From assembly GCF_963921235.1 (NCBI RefSeq), contig NC_086097.1, positions 119,414,001-119,478,000 on the forward strand: a stretch of 64,000 nucleotides of DNA, written 5' to 3'. How positions within the stretch are numbered: the stretch's first letter is position 1; each line of letters opens with the position of its first letter. The notes beneath the pieces are model-generated. The model worked only from the letters and a program-made list of their open reading frames with translations, did not search any database and was not told where the DNA came from. The translations under genes were made by a program, and so were the position numbers. This stretch comes from Mobula hypostoma. Taxonomy: Eukaryota. Positions 36,360 to 51,242 of this stretch are shown here, piece by piece.

Positions 36360-38830
36360 CAATGTATTGTCCCTTTATATTTGAACTCCCAAAGTACAAT
36401 ACCTCCCATTTTCTCAGATTGAACTCCATCTGCCATTTCTCCACCAAGGAATGCAAATAATTTATATCCTTTGGCAATATTCTACATTATCCACAACACC
36501 AGAAATCTTTCTATTTTCTGCAGACCTACTAACACAGCCTGCTACATTTTCATCCACGTCATTTATATATATCACAAAGAGCAAAGCTTCCAGTACAGAT
36601 CCATGTGGAACTCCATTAGGTACAGACCTCCACACAGAATAAGTTCCATGGTCCATAACCCTCTGTCCTCAGCGGGCAAGCTAATTCTGTAAAAGACAGT
36701 CACTGTAGATACCATGCATATTAATCTTGTGGCTGAGGCCACCATGGTGGACTTTGTCAAGCGCCTTTTAAAAATCCACATAGACAACATCCACAGCTCT
36801 ACCTTCATTAATCATCTTTGTCATTTCCTCAAAAAATTCATTCAAGTTATTAAGACACAATGTGCTCCACACAAAGCCATGCTGACTCCCCCTAATTAGG
36901 CCAATTTTTTCTAAATGATCACAAATCCTATTCCTGTGAATTCTCTTCAGTAAATCCCTGTCACTAACTTGAGACTCACCAGTATATAGTTTCCAGGATA
37001 TTCCATGGTTTCCTTCTTGAAATATGCAACAACATTAACTACTCAACAGTCGTCAGGGACCTTGCTTCTGACTAGAGAGTACATGAAGATATCGGTCAAG
37101 GTCCCAACAATCTCTTCTCTTGCCTTTCTCATTAACCTGGGGTATATCCCATCAGGCCCTGAGACTTATCCACCTTAATGTTCATTATGAGATCCAATAC
37201 TATATTCTGCTATACCTCAAAATGTTCCAGCAATTAAAATATTCAACACTGATCTCCCTATCCTCCCCTTCTTTCTCCTTGATAAATACTGGTGTAAAGT
37301 ATTTGTTAAGGACCTCAGCCAAATCTTCCACATCCAAGCAAATGCTCCCCCTCTCACTCTTTATCCTTGAATGGTCCTACCTTCTCCCTAGTAATCCTTG
37401 TGCTCTTGATGTATGTATAGAATGCCTTGGGATTCTCTTTAATCCTAATTGCCAAGGACTTTTAATGGCTGCTCCTGACTTTCCTAAATCCCTTCTTGTG
37501 TTCATTTCTGGCTTCTTTATAATCCTCAAGGGCTCTGTTTGAATTTAGCTTCCTCAGCTTTACATAGTTTTCCTTTTTCTTCTTGACTAAATTCACCACC
37601 TCTTGCAACATCCCGCATTCCTTTCCTTGTCCTTCTCTCTTGCATTTTTATCTATGGATTTGCCTTAAAAACAGGTGTTTAAGGCCTCTTTCATTCCTGT
37701 CTAATACTCTTGTAAGTTTTCCTGATTCAATTTAAAACGGCCCTGCGTGGTCTATACTTATCCTTATTTAAATCCTTCTTAAAGTTCAAGCAGTTGTGAT
37801 CACTGTCCACTAACTGTTCTGCCAGTTAGTCACTCAGTTTATTTCTCAACACCAGGTCCAGTATCGCCTACTGTTGGTCTTGTTGGTCTATTTACATAAT
37901 TGATTTACTTCTCTGAGGATCATTACCTTGCATTGGTGGAGAGACACACAAGTTCCTGAGATCCCAAGAACAATGTTGTCTGGAGATTAATCATCTGGCA
38001 CTTAGCTCCTGGTAGGGTCACCCATGGCAGAAAGGTCAAGGGGGAGGTTCCAGACATAAGCAATCCAACCAAGACCTCAACAGTGGAGCTGGTGGAAGAT
38101 GATAACACATCACAATGACAGTAAGGGCAGATGACGGCTACAGCAGTGGAGGGTCCTTAGTCACTTTTTATCCCATGCCACTGGATCCTGAACCCATCTG
38201 TCAAATATTGTGTTGTGGTTGCCTGTGCATCAGCCTCCCCACATTAAACAAAATCATGCACAGGCATTCTTCATTAGGGGAATCCACCCAAGCATCCTGG
38301 AATGTGGATCCCAGATCGGCCTTTACTGATACCTGGGGACCCACCAAAAGACAACCCCTTAGGGGAATATCATACTTCATTCAAGAGATTCCACTACTAT
38401 GTATTGATTTCAGTAACTCTCTTTGCTGCTCCTAACAAATTCATCTCTTTTTAACCATCTTGCACTAAGGGGTTCTATCCATCCAGGAAAGTTGAAGTCA
38501 CCCATGATAACAACCCTGTAGTCTTTACATCTTCCTCAATGTCTGGATGGCTATTTGGGGAAATGTGGTATAATCTCTTCAAAATAATTGGACCTTTCAT
38601 TTTTATCCATTTAAAATCAATGGATGAGACTTCCATTATGTCTCCCCTGAGTGCAGCTGTGATACTGTCCCTAATTAATAGTGCAAATCCATCTCTCTCA
38701 CTGTTCCCATTACCCTTTACCTCCTTCTCTATTCTAATGCATCAAAACCCAGGAATGCTAAGCATCTAATGCAGTCCCTCTGTCAACCAACTTTCTCATG
38801 ACCACAACATTATAGTTCTAATGTACTGAT
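36360..38830 (-). mobile_element. Old CR1 (EN-RT) with an RTE-like fragment inserted at ~37920-38350
   Basis: WRSVPNGVPHGSVL...YIND; degenerate endonuclease motifs near 38500-38800. Confidence 0.72.
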
Positions 38831-38950
38831 ATATGCCCTAAGTTCATCATGCTAGCCCTTCAACCTGTCTGTCTCATTGTGGCTTTTGCCTGCTTTTCCT
38901 TATGGAATTATTGGTCATGATATCTAACTTTCTCTCAATCCCTGTTCTTT

Positions 38951-39064
38951 CTGACCTTATCCCTTACTGATCCTCCCTCTGACCTTATCCCTTACTGATC
39001 CTGCCTCTGACCTTATCCCTTACTGGTCCTGCCTCTGACCTTATCCCTTACTGGTCCTGCCTCT
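38951..39064. repeat. 28-bp minisatellite, 4 copies
   Basis: ctgaccttatcccttactg(a/g)tcct(c/g)cct repeated four times. Confidence 0.95.
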
Positions 39065-39619
39065 ACTTGGGGCCATCCAACTATTTGCACCCTGTGCCTT
39101 AGCTATGACCATTCAACTAACACTCTTGCTTATGATGTTCATTGCGTCTTGATACTTCAAGATACGCCCAGCTCCAGCTCCATTTCCTTAATGCAGTCAG
39201 GCAGGAGTGGCAGCTCAACGTCAACAGTCTTTTCCTAAAGTTCCCTCTGGAAGGTGCCGTAGGGCTATTAACACAAATCTTCAAAGTTTCTTTCCCCAGG
39301 CAGACAATCTGATCAACCAATTAGCCTGTTATTGCACTGCATTCTAAATACATTTTTTCATGTGGTTTACATCGTAAGTGCATGCTGGTACTTTTGTATT
39401 TATGCACGTCTTATTTTATATCCACCCTTTAACCTCTAACTTTATTTTTTAAATAATCTTGTATTCTTTATAATTGGTGAATATTGTTTTTTGCTGCAGT
39501 CACACCCTGACCGAACCACCACAGCAAATTCCTAACACTTGTAAATGTATATGGTGAATTAAGTTGATCCTTGAACCTTCAAAGTCAAAGTAAATTTTTA
39601 TCAGATTATTAGATATCTT

Positions 39620-39790
39620 TTGTACTTAATAAAGTGGCTAGTGAGTGTATGTTAGTGGTCTTCAGCTGCTGTAACTCATCTACTCCAAGATTCGACATGT
39701 ACATTCAGAGATGCTCCTCTGTACACCACTGTCGTAACACGTGATTATTTGAGTTACTGTCATGTTCCTGTCAGCTTGAACTGCTGCTCA
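39620..39790 (-). mobile_element. Tc1 fragment, same family as 22320-22992
   Basis: taataaagtggctagtgagtgta and reverse-complement similarity to 22670-22830. Confidence 0.7.
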
Positions 39791-40944
39791 TTGGATGTAC
39801 ATATGATAGGATAAGAATGATCTTCCTGTGTATGTGTTGGATAATTGTCTTTTATTGTATCTGAGAGGTAGCTTTAAAGATGAAAACCAAACCGGCAACA
39901 TCTATGAAGATGGAAACAGTTAACAAGTCAAGTAAGATACTAAAACTATCATTACTTCACATTTTTTTTCAAATATCAATATCTGAAGTGATGAATTTCA
40001 TTTTCAGATTAAAAATTAGATTGTGGATGTCTGAGACTATAAATGCCCCAGCCTTCAATTCATTTTCTGTGTGACAATAATTGAGCTCTTCTTTAACTTG
40101 TTCTTGAAACATCATGGTCAAAAAGATTCTTATGGGAACTACTGGGGAAAGAAGGCATCACACAAGAAAATAGGAGCAGGGATAGTCCAACAGGTCATGC
40201 TGGCCCTGCCAATTGATATGAATCTGGTCGATCTTCTCTGGCTTCAAATCCTCTTCCGTGCCATTTCTTCAAACATCTCTATTCCTCCAACTACCACATA
40301 TTTATCCACCTTCAATTACAATAATTTATACCAGGTTTTACCACTGCCAGGGCAAAACGTGCAAAGAGAAAATAAAACCTTCTATGTACCTCAGTTTTAA
40401 TTGACCGAAAACTTCTGTGTTTATGTCCCCTCATTCAAAAAAATCTTCCTACTAATAACATCCCAATAACTATCCTGTCAAGCCCCCTTAAGATTTTGTA
40501 TGTTTGATTAAGGTCATTTATGATTCAGATTCAAATTCAGATTTAATTATCTATGTACATTGAAACATACAGTGAAATGTGTTGTTTGTGATGGGCTGGT
40601 ACAGATGTTCCGGTTAACAGAGCATGACCATCATGTATGTTAGAACAACACAGAATACAAGAAGCAAAAACAACAACAGTAAAATAAATTCATAACCTCC
40701 CTCCCATACACTCAACCACGTACAAGAGCAGACCTCTAACTCCAGGACAGACCTCTGGACCTCTGGTTTCCAGCCTCTACTCTCCAGTATCCAGCCTCCA
40801 CTCCCCATTCTCCAGCCTCCACTCTCCAGTCATTGAACATCGGACTGCAACTACTAAATTTCCGATCAACCTACGAGCTTCAGTCATGCTAATCTTCTCT
40901 TAATTGCACAAACTTCTCATCCTGTAAATTAGCTTGATGAAGTC

Positions 40945-43900
40945 TATGAAAGAAAATCATAGCTGGGAGTTGAACATCAAGGGATATCCTTTGTATTGAA
41001 AGGACAAGCAGGAAGACATAAGTGGTGGTGTGGCTCTATCGGTAAGAGATGAAATTACATTATTAGAAAGAGGTGTCATAGGGTCAGAGAATGTCGAATC
41101 TTTGTAGGTGGAGTCAAGAAACTGCAAGGGTAAAAATAAACATTATGGGAATCATAAATATGCCTCCAAGTAGTAGCCAAGGTGTGGAGTTGAGATTGCA
41201 AAGGGAGCTGGAAAGGGAATATAATAAAGGTAATGTCACAATTGTAATGGGGGATTTCAATATGCAAGGGGATTGGGAAAATCAGGTTGGTGTTGGATCA
41301 CAAGAGAGGAAATTTGTTGAATGCCTATGAGATAGCTTTTTAGCGCCTACTAGGAGAAACACTATCTTATATTGGGTGTTGTGCAATAACCCAGATTTTA
41401 TTAATGAGCTTAATGTAAAGGAACCCTTGGGAGGCAGTGATCATAAGATGATTGAGCTGATACTGCAGTTTAAGAGGAAGAAGCATAAGTCACATGTATC
41501 AGTATCACAATAGAATAAAGGGAATTACAGAGGTATGAGAGAGAGCTTGTCCAGGTGGATTGGAGGGGAATACTGGCAGGGATGTCATAAGCCCATAAGA
41601 CCATAAGATAGAGGAGCAGAAGTAGTCAACTTGCATCTGCTCCACCATTCAATCATGGGATGATCCAATTCTTCCAGTCATCTCCACTCCATGTAATTCC
41701 ACGGGATCTTATCTTTCTAAGCAGCCTCATGTGCGGCACCTTGTCAAAGGCCTTCTGAAAATCCAAGTACACTACATCTACTACATCTCCTTTGTCTACC
41801 CTGCTTGTAATTTCTTAAAAAAATTAACAGTTGGTTTGTCAGGCAGGATTTTCCTTTCAAGAAACCATCCTGGCTTTGGCCTATCTTGTCATGTGCCTCC
41901 AGGTACTCCATAATCTCATCTCTAACAATTGAATCCAACAATTTCTCAACCACTGATGTCAGGCTAATGGTCTATAGTTTCCTTTTTGCTGCCTCCCACC
42001 CTTCTTAAATAGCTGAGTAACATTTGCCATTTACCAGTCATCCGGTACAATGCCAGAATCTATCGATTCTTGAAAGATCACTGTTAATGCCTTTGTAATC
42101 TCTCCAGCTACTTCCTTCAGAACCCGAGGGTGCACTCCATCAGGTCCAGGAGAGTTACCCACCCTCAGACCATTAAACTCCCTGAGCACTTTCTCAGTTG
42201 TAATTTTCACTGCACATCCTTCACTTCCCCGACACTCTTGAACATCCGGTATACTGCAGATGTCTTCCACTGTGAAGACTGTTGCAAAATATGCACTCAG
42301 TTCCTCTACCATCTCTGCGTCTCTCATTACAATATCTCTATTGGTCCTGTATTTACCATTAACTCTCTTTTACCCTTTATATACTTAAATAAAACTTCAA
42401 GTATCTTCTTTGATATTAGATGCCAGCTTCCTTTCATAATTCATCTTTTCCTTCCTAATGACCTTCTTAGTTTCCTTCTGCAAGTTTTTAAAAGCTTCCC
42501 TTCAGAATACTCTGCACCCGATCCGAGACATCCCGTACCCTGGCACCTGGGAGGCAACATACCATGCGGGTATCTCAATCAGGCTGACAGAACCTCCTGT
42601 CTGTATTCCTCACTATGGAAACCCCTATGACTATCGCATTCCTCATCTTCCTTTTTCCCTTCTACACCATGGAGGCAGGTTCTGTGCTAGAGACCCGATC
42701 ACTGTGGTCATCCTCTGTCAGGTCATCCCCCTCAACAGCATCCAAAATGAGATAACAATTACTGAGGGGGGTGGCCTCTAGGGTGTTCTCAACCATCTGA
42801 TCTCTTCCCTTCCCTTCCCTGACAGTCACCCACTTATCTAACTCCTGCAGCCTCGGGATGACTCATTCCTGGTCGCTTCTGTCTATCTTCTGCTCACTTT
42901 CCCTAATACGCTGTAGGTTATCAAGCCGCTGCTTCAGATCCTTAACACGGTCTCTCAGAAGCTGCATCTCGGTGCACCTGGCACAGATGTGGCCTTCTGG
43001 GAGACTGGATGATTCCCAAGTTCTCCGCATCTGACACCCGGAGCAAAATACAAACCCTACAGACATGCTCTATATTCCTCAGAAAATGCAAGGAAAAATG
43101 AAGTTCACTTACCCATTTATTTCCTCGAAGCCCGAATGAGCCAAAGCTCTACCACTCTGACTCAAACCACTCCGACAATCACCGCTCCACTAGGCAGTAT
43201 CTCCCTTTTATATCAGCAGAACAGAGATGGCTGAAGTTTCTAAGAGTAGTGCAAATTGTGCGGGATACATATGTCCCACAGAAGAAGTTCTCAAACAGCA
43301 GGGCTAGACAACCATGGCTGACAAGGGAAGTTAAGGACTGCATAAAAACCAAGGAAAGGGTATATGAGATAGCAAAAGTGAGTGGGAAGTTGGATGATTG
43401 GGAAGCTTTTAAAATCCAGCAAAAGGCAACTAAGAAAGCTATAAGAAGCAGAAGGATGAAATATGAGGGCCAACTAGCTGATAATATAAAGCTGGATATT
43501 AAAAGTTATTTCAGTTATAAAAAGAATAAAAGGGAGGTACTAGTTGATATCGGACCACTGGAAAGTGATGGTGGTGAGGTAGTAATAGAGAACAAAGAAA
43601 TGGCAGATGAACTTAGTAAATACTTTCCTTCAGTCTTTGCTGTGGAAGACACTAGCAGTGTGTCAGAGGTCCGTGAGTGTCAGGGAGCAGGAATGAGCAC
43701 TATTGCTATTAAAAAGAAAAAATAAGTGCTAGGCAAACTGAAAGGTCTTAAGGTGGAGAAGTCACCTGGAACAAATAGACTACATGCCAGAGTCCTGAAA
43801 GAAGTTGCTGAAGAGATAATGGATGCCTTGGTCATGTTCTTTTAAGAATCACTTGATTCTGGCATCGTCCTGGAGGACTGGAAAATTTCAAATGTCACTC

Positions 43901-45298
43901 CTCTCTTTGAGAAGTTGAGGAAGACAAAGCAGAGAAAATTATAGGTCAGTTAGCCTAACCTCAGTGGTTGGGAAAGTGTTGGAGTCCATTATTACGGGTG
44001 AGGTTTCGGGGTACTTGGAGACTAATGATAAAAATAAGTCAAAGTCAGCATGGTTTCTGTAAAGGGAAATCTTGCCTGACAAGTCTGTTGGAATTCTTTG
44101 AAGAAGTAACAAGCAGGATGGACAAAGAAGAGGTAGTGGATGTGATTTACTTAAATTTTTAGAAGGCATTTGATAATGTACCTCACTTGAGGCTGCTTAG
44201 CAAGATAAAATCTAATGTTACAGGAAATATATTGGCCTGGATAGGGAAAGGCTGACAGGCAGGAGGCAGCGAGTGGGAATAAAAGGGGTCTTTTCTGTTT
44301 GGCTGCCAGTGACTAATGGTGTTTCTCAGAGGTCAGTATTGGGATTGCTACTTTTCACATTTTTTGACAATGGTTTAGATACTGGAGTTGATGGTTTTGT
44401 CGCAAAATCTGCAGAGGTAGGTGGAGTGGTAGGTAGTGCTGAGGAAGCAATGCGATTGCAGCAGGACTTAGACAAAATGGAAGAATGGGCAAAAAATGCA
44501 GCAGATGGAATATAATATTGGAAAATGTATGATAATACATTTTGGTAAAAGGAAAATAGTGCAGACTATTATCTAAATGGGGAGAAAGTTCAGACATCAG
44601 AGGTGCAAAGGGATTTAGGAATCCTCATGCAAGACTCCCAAAAGGTTAATTCACAGGTTGAGTCTGTGGTAAAGAAGGCAAATTTAATGTTGACATTCAT
44701 TTCAAGGGCAATAGAATATGAAAAACAAGGAGATGATGCTGAAGCTTTATAAGACACTAGTCAGGCTGCACTTGGAGTATTGTTAACAGTTCAGGGGACC
44801 TTATCTCAGAAAGGATGTGTTGTCATTGGAGACAGTCCAGAGGAGGTTCACAAGGATGAATCCAGGAATGAAGGGGTTAACATATGACAAGTGTTTGGCA
44901 GCTTTGGGTCTGTACTTGCTGGAATTTAGAAGACTGCATAGGAACCTCATTGAAACCTACGAAATGTTGAAAGGACTAGATAAGGTGGATGTGGAGAGGA
45001 TGATTTTTCTGGTGGGGATATCCAGAACTAAAGGGCACAGGTTCAATATTGAGGGGCGACCTTTTAGAACGGAAGTAAGGAGTAATTTTTTTAGCCCAAG
45101 AGTGGTGAATCTGCGGAATGCTCTGCCATAGATTGCCACAGAGGCCAAAGTAGAAGTTGATAGATTTCTGATTGGACAGGGCATCAGTGAATATGGTGAG
45201 AAGGCAAGTGTATGGGGTTGAATGGGATCCAGGATCAGCCATGATGAAATGGCGGAGCGGACAAGATGGGCTAAATTGACTATGTCTCATGATCTTAT
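40945..45298 (+). mobile_element. Decayed CR1 ORF2 (EN-RT), interrupted at 41589-43212
   Basis: MGDFN, QPWLTREVK, NYRSVSLTSVVGK, SQHGFCKGKSCLT, 3' tail tcttatg. Confidence 0.88.
41589..43212 (-). mobile_element. CR1 retaining both ends with two large internal deletions
   Basis: 5' UTR, ORF1 N-terminus (CSGCQM...CARC), part of ORF2 (SPGPDGVHPRVLKE), then the 3' tail (cataagac)n. Confidence 0.82.
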
Positions 45299-47249
45299 GG
45301 ACCAAAAACTGTAAGCGGTATTTGAGGTGAGGCCTTAACAGAACCTTGCATAATTGCAGCAAAACATCCTTCTTTGTAAACTAACTCCTTTTCAATGAAG
45401 GCTAAAATGTTGTTTGTCTTTGGAACTACTTGTTGGACCTGCCTGTATTTTATTTGATTCATGCACAGGCGCACTCAATTACTCCTTACTTCATTCATTT
45501 TCATTCTTTCTTCATTTAGATAATAATCTGCTTTTTCATTTCTCTTACCAACCTGCATGACCTTGCACTTCTCCACATTAACCACCATTTGATAACGGGT
45601 TTATATGCCTTCACAGAAATATTGTATCCTTATCTCAGCATGTCCTTCCACCTACTTTCATATTAATGAAAGTATTCTCTTAGTCATGAATATATTTTGT
45701 GAACCATTGAGGGCCAGGAACTGATCTCTGCAGTATTCCATTAGGGTTTTAAAGTTCAAAGTAAGTTTATTGTCACAGTACATATATGTCACCATATACT
45801 ACCCTGACATTAATATTATTGCAGCCATTCACAGTAGAACAAAAAATGAACTAGACTCAAAGACTAAGAAGCAACCAATGTGTAAAAGAAGACACAAAAA
45901 CAAATTAATAATAAATAATACTGAGAATATGAGTTGTAGAGTCCTTCAAAGTGGAGTCCTAGGTTGTAGAGTCAGTTCAGTGTTGAGATGAGTGAAGTTA
46001 TCCACACTGGTTCAGATGCCTGATGGTTGAATGGTAATAACCGTTCCTGAACCTAGTGGTGTTGAACCTAAGGCCACAGTACCTCCTTCCCAGTGACAGC
46101 AGCGAAAAGAGATCATGGCCTGGATGGTGGGAGTCCTTAACAATGGATGCTGCTTTCTGTTGCAGTGCTCCTTGTAGATGTGCTCAATGTTGGGAGGACT
46201 TTTCTCGTGATGGACTGGGCTGTATCCATCTCCTTTCTCTTTCCATTCCTGGCAAGAGATGATTTACCTCCTTCCAGCCTGCTGTGTCTTTGCTTGATGT
46301 TATTGTTTCATCAGCCTCATTCTTTTGAGGTCCCAGATTCCTGTTTACTTACCCATAAAATCTTTATTGTTACCAAGAAATGCAAAACAGACACCATGAG
46401 TTTCTATGGGAGTTTAAAGTAAGATATTGATTTATAAAAGTGATCTTATTAAAAGAGCCATTACCACCATTATGTGCCATGTTGTAAGATGTGGGCAATC
46501 ATGGTCTACATAGTGCTACACTTTGCCCAAGGGTGACCTGTAGGCTAGTGAAGGGAAGGAGCAGATTACACCTACTTTTTAGAGACATATCTCCACACTG
46601 CCATCCAATTAAAAGAGTCACTGGTGAATTAATAACAGCAAACAAGGAAATGAATTATTTCACATCTGTCTTCACTGTAAAGGAACAACACTTCAAAGAG
46701 ATCTGCAAATGCTGGAAGCAGAAGGAAGAAATTTAGGGAATTTACAATACAAGGGAAGCAGTAATGAGCAAATTGTTGGCGCTATGGGCTGACAAATCTT
46801 TGTGTTCTGATGAAGATTGGATATTGTTATATTTCTGTTGTCACTATTGCATCTTTGTACAAGTAACCATGTTTTATTTGGTGATAAATAAAGACTGAAG
46901 CATTGATTTTAATACTCTTCAATTGACTGAACTGATATCTTCATAGCTCTCAGACTCGAGTTAATATGACAAAGAAAGGTTGTAAATGATCACATTATAG
47001 CTTGTGGAATCTTATTTCACAAAGGTGACTATACTTCAAAGGTATTTTGTTGGCTTTAATGCATCTTGGACACACTGAAAGAGTCATAAAAGTCACTACA
47101 TACAAATGCATATGTTTGTTTTTTCTGAACCCGAATGCAAGCTGAGTATGACTATGACGTAAACATGCCCTCTTTATTGAACCTTCACCCAAGAAACTGA
47201 GAATGGATTCAGAGAGCTAATTTTGGAAAGAGACACAATTACAACAAAA

Positions 47250-47920
47250 GAACATAGAACAACACAGTACAGGCCATTTGGCCCCTGATGTGCCAATCTT
47301 TTAACACTTCTAAGATCAATCTAACGCTTCCCTCCCATGTCACCCTCTATTTTCCTGTCACACACATGCCTATCTAAGTGTTTCTTACATGCCCCTAATG
47401 TATCTGCCTCTACTACCACTCCTGACCAGGCATTCCATGTACTCACCACTCTCTGAGTAAAAAGCTTACCTCTGATGTTCCTCCCTATACTTTCTTCCAA
47501 GCATCTTAAAATTATAAACTCTAGTATTAGCCATTTCCACTCTGAGAAAGAGTCTCTGACTATTAGTCATGTTGTACACCTCTATCAAGTCACTTCTTAT
47601 CTTCCTTTACTCCGGAGAGAAACGACTTAGCTCACTCAACATATCCTCATATCCTCATAAGACATGCTGGCAGGCAGCATCCTAGTAAGAATTCTGCACT
47701 CTCTCTTAAGGTTCCACATCATTCCATTAATGAGGTGACCAGAACTGAACACAATATTCCAAGTGCGTTCTAACCGGGGTTTTATAGAGCTGCAATGTTA
47801 CTTTGTGGCACTTAAACTCAATCCCCTGACAAATGAAGACCTTATTAATCACTCTGTCACTGTGCATGGCAACTTGGAGAGGTCTATGGTCATGGACATG
47901 AACGTTCCTCTGTTCCTCTA
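47250..47920 (-). mobile_element. Old CR1 3' fragment
   Basis: LYKTPVRTHLEYCVQFWSPH. Confidence 0.82.
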
Positions 47921-48275
47921 CAGGGAAGGACAGAAGAAGAATATCATTAGCTAGAAATTCATTCCTGGTGGGCAATGTTAAACGCACTAAGCAGTCACAA
48001 CACTACACTCTATGAAATCAAGTCATTTCAATAAATTTGAGACAATATAATATATTAATATGACAAAACTACATTTATTGCTGCTAACTGGGGATAAATT
48101 ATTAGTCAAAAGTTTTCACTTTCTATTGATTTTCAAATAGTAGCAATTAAAATTAGAATCAGAATCATAATCAGAATTAGATTTAATTTCACTGATAGAT
48201 GTGAAGCTTGTTGTTTTATGGAAACAGTGCAATATAATATAAGAAAAACACGATAAATCACAAAAATAATTTATT

Positions 48276-50950
48276 CAAGATGGTGCTGGCAATGTGTTGT
48301 GGGCAGCTTACAAAACTTATAAATATACTTCTGAACTACTCTCGCTGTAATCTGCAGCATGTAATTTCTCTTTAAGTAATGAGCTTTTGAACTATCTTAA
48401 TGAACTAGCAATTTCACAGTCCTCTGAAGGACGAACAGACTTAACTCTCAAGCACATATGTAAGGTACCTTTAAGAAGACCATGGCCGGAAGAGAAGGAG
48501 GAGGGGAGGACTCCAAACCAGACTAAAACCCTGGGGTATAAAATTTCCTGTACCCAGTATCTTGTTTGCAAATGTGCAGTCACTGGAGAACAAGATTGAG
48601 GACCCAAGGAAAAACAATAGAAATGTGCATTGAGGACCTCAGGGCAAGATTGCTATATTGGAGAGAGATCAGAAATTGCAGCGTTCTATGTTTCACAGAG
48701 ACTTAACTCACAATTGACACACTGGATACCATAAAGCCATAAGATATAGGAACAGAATTAGGCCATTTGGCCCACTGAGTCTGCTCAGCTGGTAAGTCCT
48801 AAGGGCTTCTCGATACACAGCTTGGACTGGACTGCTGATTTGGAGAAGAGGGGTCTGTGTTTCATGGTAAACTATTGGTGGTAGTCAGACTTAGCTGTCT
48901 TGTCGCACACTTGTTCGTCTGATCTGGAATATCTATTTACCAAGAGAGTTCTCCTCCGTGACCTTGACTACAGTTTGCATTGCCTGAGGCCAAGGTTAAG
49001 CAGACAGCAGAGTTACCGAGTCCCGCCATCAGCAAACACGACTCCACCTACCCTGATGCTTTTTGGGGACGTCAATTAGGTTTGTTTGAAGAAATCTCTG
49101 CCCAGTTATCATTACCATATCACATGCAGCACCTGGGGGCCCAACACATTCAACCACTCCTATGCTACAATTATGAATGCCTTCAGTTCCATGCCTAGAC
49201 TGCATTTCTGGAAAACTGATCGCTCGGCTGTCCTCCTCCAACCTCCATACAGGAAGAGGCTAAAGAGCAAGGCTCTAGAAGTAGGGACAACTAAGAGGTG
49301 GCTGCGGGAGGTGGAGAAGTGGCTACGAGATTGCTTCAAGTCAGCGGGCTCGGCCACATTCAAAGACTCATTGGAGGATCTTAACGAATACACAATATTT
49401 TTCACAATTTTATAAGAGCAGTCATAGGCAAGTGAGTTCCCACAAAATCATTCAGAGTCCTCCCCAACCAGAAGCTCTGGATGAACCATGATATCTGCAA
49501 TCTGCTGAGGTCCCGATCAGTGGTATTCAGGTCTGGCGACCATGCAAAATACAAGAGGTTCAGGTGTGACCTCTGGAAAGCCATCTCACATATGAAATCA
49601 CAATTCCAAACCAGGCTTGAAATCACTGAAGGATGCTCTACAGCTGTACAGGGCTTGAATGCTATCTCATCCTAAAAAGTGAAGCCGAGTGACAGCAAGT
49701 TTTCACTCCCGGATGAGGTCAATGCTTCTCATGCTCACTTTGACTGTGCAAACATGGAGCAACTTTCATGAACTCTACAGCCCCCAATGATCCTGATTTC
49801 AGTGTCTAAGACTGACTCGCAAGCATCCTTCAGCAGGTAGAACCCAAGGGAAGCTTCCAGCCCAGACAAGGTACATGGCCAAGAATTAGAAGGATTTGCT
49901 GAACAACCGGCTGGAGTGTTCATCAATATCTTTAGCCTCGCACTTCAGCTGTCTGAGGTACCCACTTGCTTCAAGCAGGCTTCAATTATACTGGAGCTGA
50001 AGAAGAATGTGGTAACCTGCCGCAATGGCTATTATGCTGTAGCAATTAAATCCACTGTGATGAAGTGTTTTGAGAGGTTGGAAATGAGACATATCAGCTC
50101 CTGCCTAGGAAGTGACTTGGATCTACTCTAACTTGCCTATCATCACAAAACCTGAGTCGCAATACCTCCTTGTGCATCTGGAGACAATAGTGCACCACAA
50201 GGCTGTGTGCTTAGCCCCCTGCTCTACTCACAGTTCCAATGCCAGGTTTAAGTTTGTTGACAAAATCACTGTAGTTGGCCAAATGAAAGGTGGGGAATGA
50301 ATCACCGTATAAGAGGGAAATCGAATATCTGGCTGAGTGGTGTCAGAACAACAACCATTTACTCAATGTCAGCAAAACCAAGTGGCTGATTATTGAATAT
50401 AGGAGGAGGAAACTAGAGGTCCATGAGCTGGTCCTCATTGGGGGATCAGAGGAGGTGAGTGTCAGCGACTTTAAATTCCTTGGTGTTATCATTTCAGAGG
50501 GTGTGTCCTGGTCCAGCATGCAAGTGCCATTATAAAGAAGGCATGGCAACACCTGTACTTCCTTAGAAGTTTGCAAAGATTTGGCATATCATCTAAAACT
50601 TTGACAGTCTTTTTAAATGTGCAGTGGAGAGTGTACTGCCTGGTGGCTTCATAGTCTGGTATAGCATACCAATGCCCTTGAATGGAAAAGCCTCCAAAAG
50701 GTAGTGGATAGAGCTAAGTCCATCACAAGTAAAGTCCTCCCCATGTTGCTCATCTACATGGAGCGAAGTTGCAGCAAATTAGCATCCATCATCAAGGACC
50801 CCATCATCAGGTAAAAGCTACAGGAGCTTCAGGACCCACACTACCTGTTTCAGAAAGAGTTATTACCCAAAAACCATCAGGTTCTTAAACCAGAGGGAAT
50901 AAATTCACGCAATCTCACTTAGCCCAACACTGAACTTTTCCCACAACCTA
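48276..50950 (+). mobile_element. Near full-length decayed Rex1/Babar LINE
   Basis: caagatggtg 5' end; LCFTET, WMNHDI, VPTCFKQA, VMKCFERL, LNVSKTK, FKFLGV. Confidence 0.8.
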
Positions 50951-51242
50951 TGCCAGAGTGATGAGGTCCTTGATGATGGATGCTGCTTTCCTGCGACTAT
51001 GATCCTTATAGATGTGTTCAGAAGTGGGGGGTTCTTTACCCGTGAAGGACTAGACCATATTCACTACATTTCGTAGAATTTTCTATCCAAATTGTATTTT
51101 CATACCAGAACATGATGCAACTAGTCAATATACTCTCCACCACACATTTACAGAAGTTTTTCAAAGTTTTAGAAGTGCTCCCGTGGCGCTTCCTTCGTAA
51201 TTGCACTTAACTACTGGGCTTAGGATATAACCTCTGAAATTA

